Assembly: GCA_951406725.2 (NCBI GenBank)
Contig: OX597829.1
Span: forward strand, 49,166,001 to 49,230,000
Direction: 5' to 3'
DNA length: 64,000 nucleotides
Origin: Octopus vulgaris
Lineage: Eukaryota
Shown here: piece by piece, positions 37,627 to 51,548 of the stretch
How the letters are laid out: each line of letters begins with the position of its first letter
Position numbering within the stretch: position 1 is the first letter of the stretch
Notes under the pieces: generated by a model
Database searches by the model: none
What the model saw: the letters and a program-made list of their open reading frames with translations, nothing else
What the model was told of the DNA's origin: nothing
Translations under genes and position numbers: made by a program

Positions 37627-39608
37627 ATCTATATAAACGAACAATCAACTAACATATAATCAATATCCTTCTCAAATAGAAGACAATAACATCAGTATAA
37701 TCCATTTTACCTACCAGACTCCTGTTGAAAGATTTTTATAGATGTGTCCACTCTGCAGAGTGGTTAGTGTTAGGAAGGGCATCTAGCTGTAAAAACTCTG
37801 CCAAAATAGACACAGTAGCCTGGGGTAGTATTCTACCTGGCCGGCTCCTGCCAACTGTCCTACCCATGCATGCATGGATGATGGATGTTAAATGATGATG
37901 TGTCATTTTGATAGAGGACACAGCAGATGCACTTTTATGGCAAAACAAATGTTTTGGTTACACCACAAGAAGCAGACCCTTGCCATTGATGTGGTAGTAT
38001 CATGCAAGAAAAACAAAAGTGTGACACAGGTAGGGAATACAGGCCTGGACTTCATTCTCATGAATAATATAAGCAATAAATCATTATCTGACATTAGTGA
38101 ACTTGCTTTGTATCATCTTGCAGTGTAAATTCTTGTAGTAGAGGTAGACCACTCACAGGAGTATAAAAGTGGAGGTAGGCCACATACTAAAGTAAAATTG
38201 ACCAGGTAGAGCGCACACTAAATTGGCACCCAATGAGCAATGAAAATACATACACACACATACAAAATCTATCACAGCTGAAATTTCATCAGGTTCAAGT
38301 GTCTTTAGAGTAGCAATGTCAGTGCCCGATATAAACACATTTTGAATTTCATTACGACATTTCTCAAGCAGCAGCTGTTCACACCAGCAAAACGAGTGTA
38401 TCAAAAGCAAATGAATTTCAAATAGTAACTACACTAAATAGAGCATGTAACCAGTAATCATATATCTTGTAGCTCTGCAAGCCACTATATCTCAAAGTAA
38501 AAACAATGTGACCCTTATTCTTTGAATAATAGCAGGAAAAAAGTGTACCCAAGATAACTAACCACTCAGTTGTGGAATTACTGAATTATAACCCTTTGAC
38601 TGCAAATGCAATTCTCAAGCAATTGTTTACTAAACTGATGTAATATCTATCAACAGTTGTATACAGGCACTGGATATTACATAGGAATGTGTGAGGGACC
38701 TTTCAAGAGAGCTTCTAGGAATTACAAATCCACCTTTAAATTTACAAATAAGAATAACACATTGCTGTCATGCTATGCATGATAACTGAAATAGAATACA
38801 CTAATTTTAAAGTATTTTAGCCTACAACAACAAATACATTAACAGAAGAAATTTCTTCAGTCTCAGTAGCAGAGAAAAATTTTATACATTAACTAAAACG
38901 ACAGACATTCTAAACAGGAAAACTGAATTTATATCAATATGCTGTCATGAGAATAAAATTTATTTTCTTTTCGATCAAAACAAAACCATTTGAAATGTAT
39001 TAATTTGCCAGAAATAGATTGTTACCCAGCTGGAAGTCTATCAACTCACAAACTGAATGCGCAAAAGTTATTTTTTCCTGATATATCATCCAAACATACA
39101 GAAAATACAAATATACGTGAGTGTATGTGTGTGCTAGTATGTGCACATGTATGTTGTATGAGTGTGAATGTGTTGTGCGTGTGTGTGTGAGAGAGAGAGA
39201 ATGGGGAGGGAGGGAAAGAGAGAGAGAGAGACACACAGAGTGAGTTTCAAATAGATTTAATTTAAACTAATCTAAAATTAATGTCTCTATTCTAGTCACC
39301 ATGCACAGCATGACAAATATGCTTGTTATTGTTGTATGTAAATTTAAAGATAGATTTGTTGATCCCAGAACAACTCTTAAAAGGCCCCTCACATATTCCT
39401 ATGTAACTGTTTTCTGTTTACATAATGTGTAGTCAGCAATGTAAAGGATATGCATTCAACACTGGCCAGTCTACTTTCCCTAAATGGCTCCTAGCATCAG
39501 GAAATAAGATTTTGGTCCCTATCTGAGAAGGGATCAACAACTTCATCAAATCTGATATTATATCCTACAAAAATCATATTTAACTCATAAAATGTATCTT
39601 CAACACAT

Positions 39609-39639
<31 letters not shown>

Positions 39640-41415
39640 GAATTACACACAATTCCCCATATATCACGAAGCATTCAATCATACTCAGGAACTGTAAAAA
39701 GAAAACAGAAAAACAGTTTGAGAAGCCGCACAAATGTGAACTCATAAATCCCAGAACGAATAACCTAGGAATAGTTCATAAGACAGTCCTGTCTACATCA
39801 AGTCGTCTGAAAGCAATTTGTCTGCAACAGTTTATATAACACAATTTGTCTGGTAATATAATTTATTTTCACCGTCTTGCCTAAAATACAATTTATGTCT
39901 GAAAATGAATTCATCAAGCAATAACAAACAAATCAAACTGACATACCACACACACATACATTACTACCCCACACAGACACTTCCTTCATACAGAGACTCC
40001 TCAACATAAGCCCTACCCCACCCTCCTGATACACACAACCAAAAGCCCACACAATCACAGACACACTTTTCTACACATATATTTCTATGCTTACCACTAC
40101 TAGACAAAATGATTAAATGCTACTATTACAATCCCTACAACTGCTACAACTAACCCCACCCCCACCCCCACTGCTGCCATTACCATTAATGCCACTGTCA
40201 TCAACTCTGCTGTTACCTCCAAAACCACCATCACCAACAACAAGAAGGTTGTCATCGTTAGCACTATTTGTTTCTGGATATAATATTTTAATTTCAATTT
40301 TTAGATTTTAATTTCAATTTTATGATTTTAATTTCAGTTTTTAGAATAATTTTATTTTAGACAATTTGTTTCAGAGAAATTTCTTTTCTTAAATTCTTTT
40401 CTAGATTCAAAATAAACAAAGGAATCAAACAATCTACAAACATCAGCCTCTGGAACAACACTTTAACCATTATTAAATGTTTCAACAATGTCAGGAATTA
40501 AAAAAACCTGAGCAATACAATGTCATTGATTATTATAAAGTCACTTTGACACATGTGAGGCACACTGTACACTTCTTCAGCAACATCTGTTTGAAGGAAA
40601 GAATGAGCTTATGTACAACACAAACATTTGATCATCTTCATCATCATCATCTTTGTTAAGCGTCCGTTTTCCATGCTAGCATGGGTTGGACGGTTCAACT
40701 GGGGTCTGGGAAGCCAGAAGGCTGCACCAGGCCCAGTCTGATCTGGCAGTGTTTCTACAGCTGGATGCCCTTCCTAACGCCAACCACTCCGTGAGTGTAG
40801 TGGGTGCTTTTTACGTGCCACCGGCACAGGTGCCAGACAAGGCTGGCAAACGGCCACGATCGGATGGTGCTTTTTATGTGCCACCGGCACGGGGGCCAAG
40901 CGAGGCTGGCAACAGCCACAATCGGATGGTGCCGTTTACGTGCCACTGGCATGAGGTCAGTCGGGCCAGCGCTGGCAACGGCCATGTTCGGATGGTTCCC
41001 TTACGTACCACCGGCACTGGTATCGCAGCTGCAATTTCCATTTGATGTTGATTGATTTCGATTTTGATTTTGATCAGTAGAAACAAATCACCTTTGAAGG
41101 TTATTCAGCAAGAAATTGAGTAATAGTTTTTCTTGGTCTTGAGAGACTACAAAGGAATGAAGATATATCATCCTCATTTAGTGTTCATTTACCAAACTGG
41201 CATTGGTTAAAAGGTTTGGCTGGAATTGGTAAGCCAGAGAGCTGTACCAGGTTCAAGTCTAATTTGGCATGGTCTCTATGGCTGGATGCCTTTCCTAACA
41301 CCAACCATTCCAAGAGTGTAGTGGGTGCCTTTTATGTGTCATTGGCTTGGGTGCTTTTAGGTACTGACATGGGTGCTCTTACATGTCATCGACACCAGCT
41401 GTAACTACAATTTCA

Positions 41416-41900
41416 CTTACATTATTTACATTTGACGGATATTTGTCCTCATCTTTGTTGTTAACACAATGTTTCGGCTGATATACTCTCCAGCCTTCAT
41501 CAGGTGTCTTGGGGAAATTTCGAACGTGGGTTCTCATTCTTAAGGTATTTTTCAATGTTGTTATTATTATTATTATTATCATTACTATTATTATTATTAC
41601 TACTATTATTATTATTATTACTATTATTATTATTATTACTATTCAGGCAACTGACTGGAATTGAACTCAGAATCTTAGGGTCTGTAGCCCGCACTCTTAA
41701 CCACTATGCCATATGCCTATGAGCATATGGCATAGTGGACATAATAATAATAACACCAAAAAATACCTTAGGGATGAAAACCCAGGTTCAAAATTTCCCA
41801 AGACAACTGATGAAGGCTGCAGAGTATATCAGCTGAAACGTGTTAACAACAAACAAGATGAGGACAAATATCCATCAAATGTAAATAATGTAAATAATTA
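41416..41900. mobile_element. Head-to-head fold-back element: tRNA-like head plus a hammerhead motif in each arm
   Basis: Centre hairpin ccactatgccatatgc-ctatga-gcatatggcatagtgg (~41701-41738); arms ~41416-41555 and 41760-41895 are reverse complements; hammerhead motifs at 41463-41508(-) and 41802-41845(+). Confidence 0.8.
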
Positions 41901-41934
41901 CTCAGCTCTTGAATATAAAACTGTACAACTTCAC

Positions 41935-42275
41935 TTGTCATCACCTCCATGAAACTCAACATTCAAAGATTATACTTTACCACCTCATCCCATGTCTTCC
42001 TGGGTCAACTGCTTCCACAGATTCCCTCCAGTTAGAGATTGGCACTACTTTATACATCACATAGCTATACCAGTGCAGTCTTTTCTCTTGCACACTACAT
42101 CTGATGCCTCTTATGCCCAATTTTTCTCTCAAGATGCTTACACTCTGTAGTAAATGCACACTGACATTGCACATCAAGCTTACCATACCAGCTTCACTTT
42201 CTTGAAGCCTTTGCATGTCCCCTGCAGTCACAGCCCCTGTTTTACTACCATGTAGCATGGTTGTTCACACATAGG
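41935..42275 (-). mobile_element. Old RTE LINE fragment whose tail lies at ~41165-41415
   Basis: MLHGSKTGAVTAGDMQRL...LREKLGIRGIRCSVQEKRLHWY, homologous to 31064-31741; split by the fold-back element. Confidence 0.8.
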
Positions 42276-44529
42276 CAGGCAGAGTGCTGTGTTCTTGCTC
42301 AAAATACTTCATCTCACATTGCTCTCTATAATCACTCCATCGTCTCACATGTGGCACACCAAGCACCTGTACAGGCAACATCGATTTGAATGATGAAGTG
42401 AATGTATGTACAGCTCAAACATTTGATTATGAGAAACAAATCATTTTCACTGGTTGCTTAGCAAGAAATTGCAGAACCATTTTTCTTAGACTCAAGAGAT
42501 TACCAAGAAGATGATTAATCTTTGCTGAACTAGAATCTTCTAAAAGTCAAACCCCTTTCAAAGAGCCCATGTGGGCATTAAATAAGATTATGTGACAAAT
42601 TATATTGCATGCTGGAAGTCCCACGTTCTTCAACAAGGATGAATGCTGGGTTATGAAATGGCAACTGAGAGCTCTCTCTTTCTCTCTCTCTCATCCCTCT
42701 GTTGTATCCAACAATCCAGATCCCATACTAATCACTTTGGCCAGTCCTTTCTTGTCAAAATGTCATCCTTCAAAAACTGCGTGGCACCTTGGGCAAGTAT
42801 CTGCTACTATAGCCTCGAGCTGACCAAAGCCTTGTGAGTGGATTTGGTAGACAGAAACTGGAAGAAGCCTGTCGTATGTATGTAAGTATGTATGTATGTA
42901 TGTATGTATGTAAGTATGTATGTATGTATGTATGTATGTATGTATGTATGTGTGTATGTATGTGTGTGTATGTATGTATGTATATGTTTGCGTGTCTGTG
43001 TTTGTCCTCCACCACTGGTTTATAACCAGTGCTGGTGTGTTTACATCACTTAGCAGTTCAGCAAAAGAGACCGATAGAATAAGTACTAGGCTTACAAAGA
43101 GTAAGTCCTGGGATCGATTTGCTCAACTAAAGGCAGAGCTCCAGCATGGCCACAGTCAAATGACTGAAACAAACAAAAGAATAAAAGAAAGAAAAAATAA
43201 ACCAATGAACTAAATGTTTGCAATATTTAGTTATATCTCTTTTTAATTCTAAGTTATACCAAAGTCCGAATGGTGAAGAAATTTGCAAGCTGGAAAACAT
43301 TGGTCTCAAATTTTTGGTACACAGCTAGTAATTTCGGGGGAAGGAGACAAATTGATTAAATCAACCCCAGTGCTCAACTGAACCTTATTTTATTGATCCC
43401 AAAATGACGAAAAGCAAAATCAACTTTGATGGAATTTGAACTCAGAACACAAAGACAGACGAACTGCAAGTAAACATTTTGCCCAACGTGCCAACAATTT
43501 TGTCAGCTTGGCACTTAAATCAAGTTGGTAAACATATTACCATTTTGAAATGTAGATCTCTTTTTAAATAGGATCAAATGCACATTTGGTGCAAATAAAT
43601 GTGCAGCTGACATAGTCAGGAAATGGATCTTAGCAACTTTCAACAGACTCAACCTGAAGGTGACAGTTGAAGATATCTGTACACAAGTAACTTTCTTTGA
43701 TTTTACTCCTGACTTATTCTACGGTTTGCATAACCCATTCAAAATACGAAATACAATTTCATTATGCATCCACACACATACACACACAAAAAAAAAATCA
43801 AATATCAGATACCTAACAGTATCAATAATAGGCTAACTCCTTTTTTTTTTATCATCGGACAAAGCCAAATGTAGCCATTGTTCCATGAAAAGCAGATAAC
43901 CACCAGGGACAAACTACAACTATTTCAAATACTCAAGGAAGAGAAATATGGAATACAACACTAATAGGGAAAAGCAAAAGCATTACAAAAGCAATATTTT
44001 CTTCTCACTGATCACTAAACACTTTCTTGGTGGACAGAGATTACATTATTCATTCAACAACACTACGAAGATGATTTTCTACAGCATGAACATGTCCAGT
44101 ATCATAAAGAGCCACAACATGGTTATCCCACGGCAACACCAATGCCAGTAAAGGAAATAAATGTGAATGTCATAACAAAGAGACCTGCTCTTATGTTGTG
44201 AAAGGAGCATAGTGTATTGCACAAATGTATTGCCAGGTTTCTATATAAATTTAACAAAATATATATTCACGTGCTGCATGCACCCATACAAATCATGTAA
44301 TAGCTATCTGGAAAAATAACCTTGTAATGTCATCTAAATCATCATCATCATAATCATTGTCATCATTTAGTGTCCACTTCTCTATGCTTGCATGGGTCAG
44401 ACAAAGTTTTTTTTTTTTGATTTAAGGCAGAGTTTTTACAGCTAGATGACCTTATCATTGACCTTTACCAGTTTCCAAGCAAGGAAATTTCTCTATAGCC
44501 AGACATATTCTTGCAGAATATTGGCAATA

Positions 44530-44745
44530 CAGTAATCCCTCGACTATTGTGGGTATTACATTCCAAAACACCCCACGATAGTTGAAAATCCACAAAATAG
44601 AAACAGTACTGTATATATATATTTTTTTTTAATAATTTGTATATATTTATTTTATTATAAATGCAAAACAACACCACAGAGGAATCAACGTAAGCTTAAT
44701 TAATAAACCACGAAGGGTGAACCACGATATGGCAAAGGATTACTG
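44530..44745. mobile_element. Tc1/mariner-pogo (Tigger-like) MITE
   Basis: TA-cagtaatccctcg...caaaggattactg-TA. Confidence 0.8.
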
Positions 44746-44987
44746 TATGAAAAATGAACGACACTGCTTGTATGACAGTGCAGCTCATTTACAACCATCA
44801 CACAAGGAGACACGAACACACTCATAAATAGGCTTTCAAATGTTGGGCATGTCAAGGTCAATGTTTAAAATCTTAGTTGTTTAAAATTTTACCTGATAAC
44901 AGTGGATTATCTACCATGATGCAATCTTTTATGACTACATTAAATAGAATTCCACCGAAACAGCTGTTGTAAATTTTAAGTACCACT

Positions 44988-45418
44988 TGTGTTTACATAT
45001 ATATGTATATATCACCATGATCACCGTGACCAACCAGGGACTATCAGCTGTTTCTACACATTGCTGGCCACAATGCACTTCGCATTGTTTTTTAGCCTTC
45101 AAATGAACCCCGCTGGGTTTATATATATTGTATGTATGTTGCATTTAAAAGAAGAATATATGGACTGTATTTATTGTGTAACTTCATGTGCTACCAAATA
45201 CAAAAACATATGTAACATGAAATTAAGGTCTACCAAGTTCAAAGATGTTATCTTGTCTCTCATTATTGATGTGTTCTCTACATTATGTTTTAGCCTTCTT
45301 CAGACTGTGCAGGATCATGCAATGGAAATAACTTAATGTAATTAACAATAAAAGTTGAAATTGTCAGGTACTAAGTACATCCATTCTTATAAGAATGTAC
45401 ACACACATGTGTGTCTGT

Positions 45419-45479
<61 letters not shown>

Positions 45480-46350
45480 TGTGTGTGTGTGTGTGTGTGT
45501 TGAAATATATACAGAGAGAAAGAGAGATATTTGCATATGTTACAAAAAAAGCAACAACAAAAAAAATTATACAAAAATATGTAAGTGTATATATATGTAC
45601 ACCTCATGTCCATATATTTGCATGAATGCACACAAACATACACAGCTCATAATTAGGTACTGGTCAATTATCTCATAGAATTGGAAGAGAAAAAAAAAAC
45701 AGAAAATGGTGTCCAAGACACAGCATAATATTAAGCTGTCAGTTTTGATTTGACATAGTATTTCTATATGTATGAGCATCTGTGAGTGTGTGCGTGTGGC
45801 AGTGAGTGTCTGCTTTTAATAAATCCTCATCTTTTACATCCATATTAATTCTATTTATCTAATTATTCAACATCAAGTTCAAAAGTCCAAAGCAATAACA
45901 TCCCAGCAGAAAAAAAATAGTGAACATTAATTTCTATATAAAGTTAAATTAAACTAATTTAATAGCGAATATATTAGCTGTACTTAAATAGTAGCGTACT
46001 CTTGAAAAATCAGTCTACTTTAATTAAATAACTAAGAATTCAAAACCAAAACATTGACCGATTCTTTCTCTCTGATTCATTTCTGAATAAACAATAACTA
46101 ACTAGCAATATTTCTCTTGGAGCTGAATCGAAAAATCATTATATCAATATGTGTGTAAGTACATGTATGTGTGTGTGTATATTTTAAATAACATTTGTGT
46201 TTACATATATATGTATTTTACGTATGTTGCATTTAAAAGAAGAATATATGGACTGTATTTATTGTGTAACTTCATGTGCTACCAAATACAAAAACATATG
46301 TAACATGAAGTTAAGGGCTACCAAGTTCAAAGATGTCGTCTTGTCTCTCA
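44988..46350. repeat. Local direct duplication (~45130-45270 repeated at ~46220-46358)
   Basis: gtatgttgcatttaaaagaagaatatatggactg...tctctcattattgat occurs twice, each preceded by gtgtttacatatatatgtat. Confidence 0.85.
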
Positions 46351-47321
46351 TTATTGATATATCATCATCATCATTTAGCGTTCGTTTTCCATGCTAGCAT
46401 GGGTTGGACGGTTTAACTGGGGTCTGTGAAGCCGGAAGGCTTCATCAGGCCCAGTCAGATTTGGCAGTGTTTCTACGGCTGGATGCCCTTCCTAACGCCA
46501 ACCACTTCGCGAGTGTAGTGGGTGTTTTTTACGTGCCACCTGCACAGGTGCCAGACAGAGCTGGCACAACGGCCACGAACGGATGGTGCTTTTACGTGTC
46601 ACCGGCACGGGGCCAGCCGAGGCTGGCAACGAACACGTACGGATGGTGCTTTTACGTGCCACCGACACGGGGGCCAGACAGAGCTGGCAAACGGCCACGA
46701 GCGAAAGGTGCTTTTACGTATCACCGACACGGGTGCCAGATATATATATATGCACACACATATGCATGCAAAGATAGATAGATATATGTATATATAATTT
46801 CATGCTGCATAAAATATGCGCACACTGAGTACTTAAAAGGAAAAGCAGACGCTTTCAGTTATAATATTTTAAAGAATAGACTTGTACTGAATCCTGCAAT
46901 TTACCACTTCTGGAGAATCAACACAGACATATATATATATATCATCATCATCATCATCATCCTCATTTAACGTCCGCTTTCCATGCTAGCATGGGTTGGA
47001 CGGTTCAACTGGAGTCTGGGGAGCCCGAAGGCTGCACCAGGCCAGTCAGATCTACAGCTGCCAGATATATATATATATATTGCAGGTGGCATGTAAAAGA
47101 CACCACTTGAGCGTGACAGTTGCCAGTACCGCCTGACTGGCCCTCATGCCGGTGGCACACATAAAAGCACTCACTACACTCTCAGAGTGGTTGGCATTAT
47201 GAAGGGCATCCAGCTGTAGAAATTCTGCCAAATCAGATTGGAGCCTGGTGCAGCCATCTGGCTTGCAAGTCCTCAGTCAAATCGTCTAGCATGGAAAGCG
47301 GGCGTAAGACGATGATGATGA

Positions 47322-47356
<35 letters not shown>

Positions 47357-48054
47357 CATACATACACATTATACTGTTACAGTGCTGAAGACTCCAAGTT
47401 CAAATTTGCTTTTACTGATACATCTTGCATCTTAGGTCCACTTTAAATGCAAGGTTGAGTTGCACAGATCATCATAGTTCAAATTTGCCCTTATTTTGTT
47501 TTAATGTCTACACAGATGTATTAGTGGACCAGAATTTGCTCATGCAATTTGATTCCAACTTTGAATTCTATGCCTAGATGCCAACCACTTCCCAGAGTGC
47601 ATTGAGAAATTGCCATGGCTTTGACAAGTTCAGTGTCACTATGGTTCGAAGTTCAGTGTCACTATGCAGCACCTTCAACAAGTGTTTTCTGCTATGGCCA
47701 AGGGCTGACCAAAGCCTTATAAATGGATTTGGTAGATGGAAACTGAAAGAAGCTCATTCTGTATATATGTATATATATATATAAAACTTAGGATATCTAC
47801 GAGTCTGCATCTTGTAGATACCCTAAGTTATAATTTTTTAATAATAATTATTACTTTTCAAGGTTATTATTTCCATGCTGGCCACTTGATAAGATCGTTA
47901 TTTTATTTTATTAAAAATTAATGATCTTATCCTTATGTATATATATATATATATATATATTTATTTTATAGAACTTCTATAAAATAAATTAATTTACTCT
48001 GCTATGTATTGAGTACCTTATTTACTGTGGTTAACCCCAACTCAACCCGGGACC

Positions 48055-48106
<52 letters not shown>

Positions 48107-49779
48107 AATATATATGTGTATATATATGTGTGTGTGCATATTTATATATATATATATTTAAATGTGTGTGTGTGTTTATCTCACACCACTTGACAACTGG
48201 TATTGGTTTGTTTATGTTCCTGTAACTTAGCAGTTTGGCAAAAGATACTAATAGAATACTAGGGTTGGATTTGTCTGGCTAAAACCACTTCAAAATGGTG
48301 CCCCAGCATATCCATAGTCTAATGATTGAAGCAAATAAAAGGTAAAAGATATATATCATATACCTGCTTGATGGGAGTAAATCTGCAGGTGTTTGGAAAG
48401 GTTAAATTTAAACAAACAGCAACCAACCAGCAAGCATTACTTCTATTTGGTCACCTTATAGGCGCAGGAGTGGCTAATAGGTGCAGGAGTAGCTGTGTGG
48501 TAAGAAGCTTGCTTACTAACCACATGGTGCTGGGTTCAGTCCCACTGCATGACACTTTGGGCAAGTGTCTTCTACTATAGCCTCAGGCTGACCAAAGCCT
48601 TGTGAGTGGATTTGGTAGACAGAAACTGAAAGAAGCCTGTCATATATATGTATATATATGTATGTGTATGTGTGTGTATATGTTTGTGTGTCTGTGTTTG
48701 TCCCCCCAACATCACTTGACAACTGATGCTGGTGTGTTTACGCCCCCGTAACTTAGCAGTTCAGCAAAAGAGACCGATAGAATAAGTACTAGGCTTACAA
48801 AGAATAAGTCCTGGGGGCGATTTGCTCGACTAAAGGCAGTGCTCCAGCATGGCCGCAGTCAAATGACTGAAACAAGTAAAAGAGTATTTGCAAGAAATAA
48901 CAACCAAATATCCTTCAAACCACTCTTTCTCTCTCTCTTTGTAACACTGGATAAGGAAGTCTTAGCTACTCAAAAGCAAAACCAACAACAAAAAACAATA
49001 TAAATAAATTCAAAGAAAGAGTGAAGGAGACCGTCATGGCTGGAATGTATTTGGACCTCACAGATCTACTAGACCGGAGTTAAACTAGAGATGGGGGGCA
49101 GGGAGGTGGGGGGAGATTGGGTGGTATAAGGACAAAAAGCAACAACAAAAAACAACTGTACATGTAACGGCTATACAACAATACTGACAGGTGCCAGCAA
49201 AGAAGAACAAAACTAAAATAAAAAAATAAAAACACCAAGCAAAAACAAAAGAAAACAAATTTGACCAAATGCATGAATAATAAACAAATAAATAAATAAA
49301 ATAAATAAAATAAACAAATAAGTAAAGCATGTGGAAGGTCAGAAGGGTGGGGGTGGGGCGTCTCGATGAAAAAAATAAAAACAACAGCTTGCGTTACACG
49401 TTTCCTTTATAGTTATCATTAATTCCTGACATGTATGTTATTAAACTAATTGCAGACGACAACGGCATCGCTACCTCCACATATATATATATACATATAC
49501 ACATATACATATACATGTACGCACATACATACACAGGCCATACCACTAAAGCATCCGCATTTTAGATATTATTGACGTCCTGCACACAATTAACTTCCAC
49601 GAAACGAAATGAAATTGCATTAACTCCCACACAACAATCGATATCTCCAGAGATCAGCTCAAACAAAACAATGACGACAACAATTACGACAACAGCAACG
49701 ATGTAGTTAACCTGCAAGGAAGCGCACACGACACGACGGCAAAGTTCTAACCACGCTAAAATCATTGGACAACCATAAA

Positions 49780-50078
49780 TAAATAAATAAATAAATACGT
49801 AAGGACCTTCTTCTAATCATGCTTGAATTATGAACCAGGAGAGAAAAAAAAATCCCATATAATTGCTAAAAATAATAATAAAATAATAATAATAATAATA
49901 ATAATAAAATATAATAATAATAATAATAATAAAAAATAATAATAATAATAATAAAAAATAATAATAATAATAATAAAAAAATAATAATAATAATATTAAT
50001 AATAATAAAAAATAATAATAATAATATTAATAATAATAATAATAATAATAAATAATAATAATAATATTAATAATAATA

Positions 50079-50111
<33 letters not shown>

Positions 50112-50260
50112 TAATAATAATAATAATAATATTAATAATATTAATAATAATAATAATAATAATAAAAATAAATAAATAAATAAATACGCAAGGACCTTCT
50201 TCTAATCATTCTTGAATTATGAACCAGGAGAGAGAAAAAATCCCATATAATTGCTAAAAA
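49780..50260. repeat. ~95 bp direct repeats bracketing a complex (AAT)n tract
   Basis: aaataaatacg(t/c)aaggaccttcttctaatcat...tcccatataattgctaaaa at ~49790 and ~50178. Confidence 0.9.
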
Positions 50261-50830
50261 AAAATCTATTACAATTGGCCAAACCAAGCAAGGTACCGTC
50301 TATCTGTTTATCAAGAGGAAATGGCTTAGTAAGTATTGACCCAGTTGTCAAATCAGATTTCCATGTGGGCATAGGAGTTCTACAATGAGATTTAACTTGA
50401 TGATAATAATAATAATAATAATAATGATGATGATAATCAGAACAGTCAATATTAGTTTCTCACCTGGATAATCAAAGAAAAACACAAAAAAAAAAAAAAC
50501 CATACACGCACGCATCAAATTAACTGCTAACTTGATCTTGATCAGATTTCGTTAATCTCGGACACCGAACTCAGATCTTAGGTATTAAATCAGTTCTCCT
50601 CTTGGGGACCGACTGGTTTGCTCAATCACATTTGATTGGAAAGAGGTGGTGGAGTGGTGAAAGTGAGCGGAAGAGGAGTGCTTGATGTTTGCAATAGAGT
50701 TTCTCACAAGAAATAATCAAAGAAAAAAATTATAATTATATACATATATATATATATATATATATAAATAATGACATATATGTATATATATGATTATATA
50801 TATAATCATATAATATATATAAGTATACAC

Positions 50831-50882
<52 letters not shown>

Positions 50883-51505
50883 GAGAACATCACACTTATT
50901 TTAGTGCTGTTGACACCACTAAATTTTAATGGTTCTGCCCAGGTGTCAAAACCATAATAATATCCGTGGGACAGCTAATGATGGAGGTATGTTGGATTGT
51001 TGGTATTACTGTTTTACAAGATATCCATATATATATATATATATAAATCACATGTGTGTGTGCGTTTATATATATATTCTTTTATTCTTTTTACTTATTC
51101 TTTGTGAGCCTAGCATTTATTCTCTCACTCTCTTTTGCTAAACTGCTAAGTTATGGGGACATAAGCACACCGACATCAGTTGTCAAGCGATGGAGTTGGG
51201 GGACAAGCACAGACACACAAATATATATACATACAAACATATATATATATATATATGGAGTGGCTGTGTGCTAAGGAACTTGCTTCCCAACTACATTGTT
51301 TCAAGATAAGCATATATATATATATGCTGTAGTCCCTTTTGAATCAAGGGTCAGTCTTGGCCCTCTTGCTCAGCCAGCAGGGTGACATCATTTGATGGTG
51401 AAAACAATGCAAAGCACATTGTGACCAGCGATATGTAACAGCATCTGACATTCTGGTCGCACATGTGATCATGTGATATATATCATCATCATCATCACCA
51501 TCGTT

Positions 51506-51548
<43 letters not shown>

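Noticed and set aside
38153-38410. Minus-strand ORF with CEQL motif, possible hAT transposase C-terminus
   Set aside because: Similarity too weak and no termini identified
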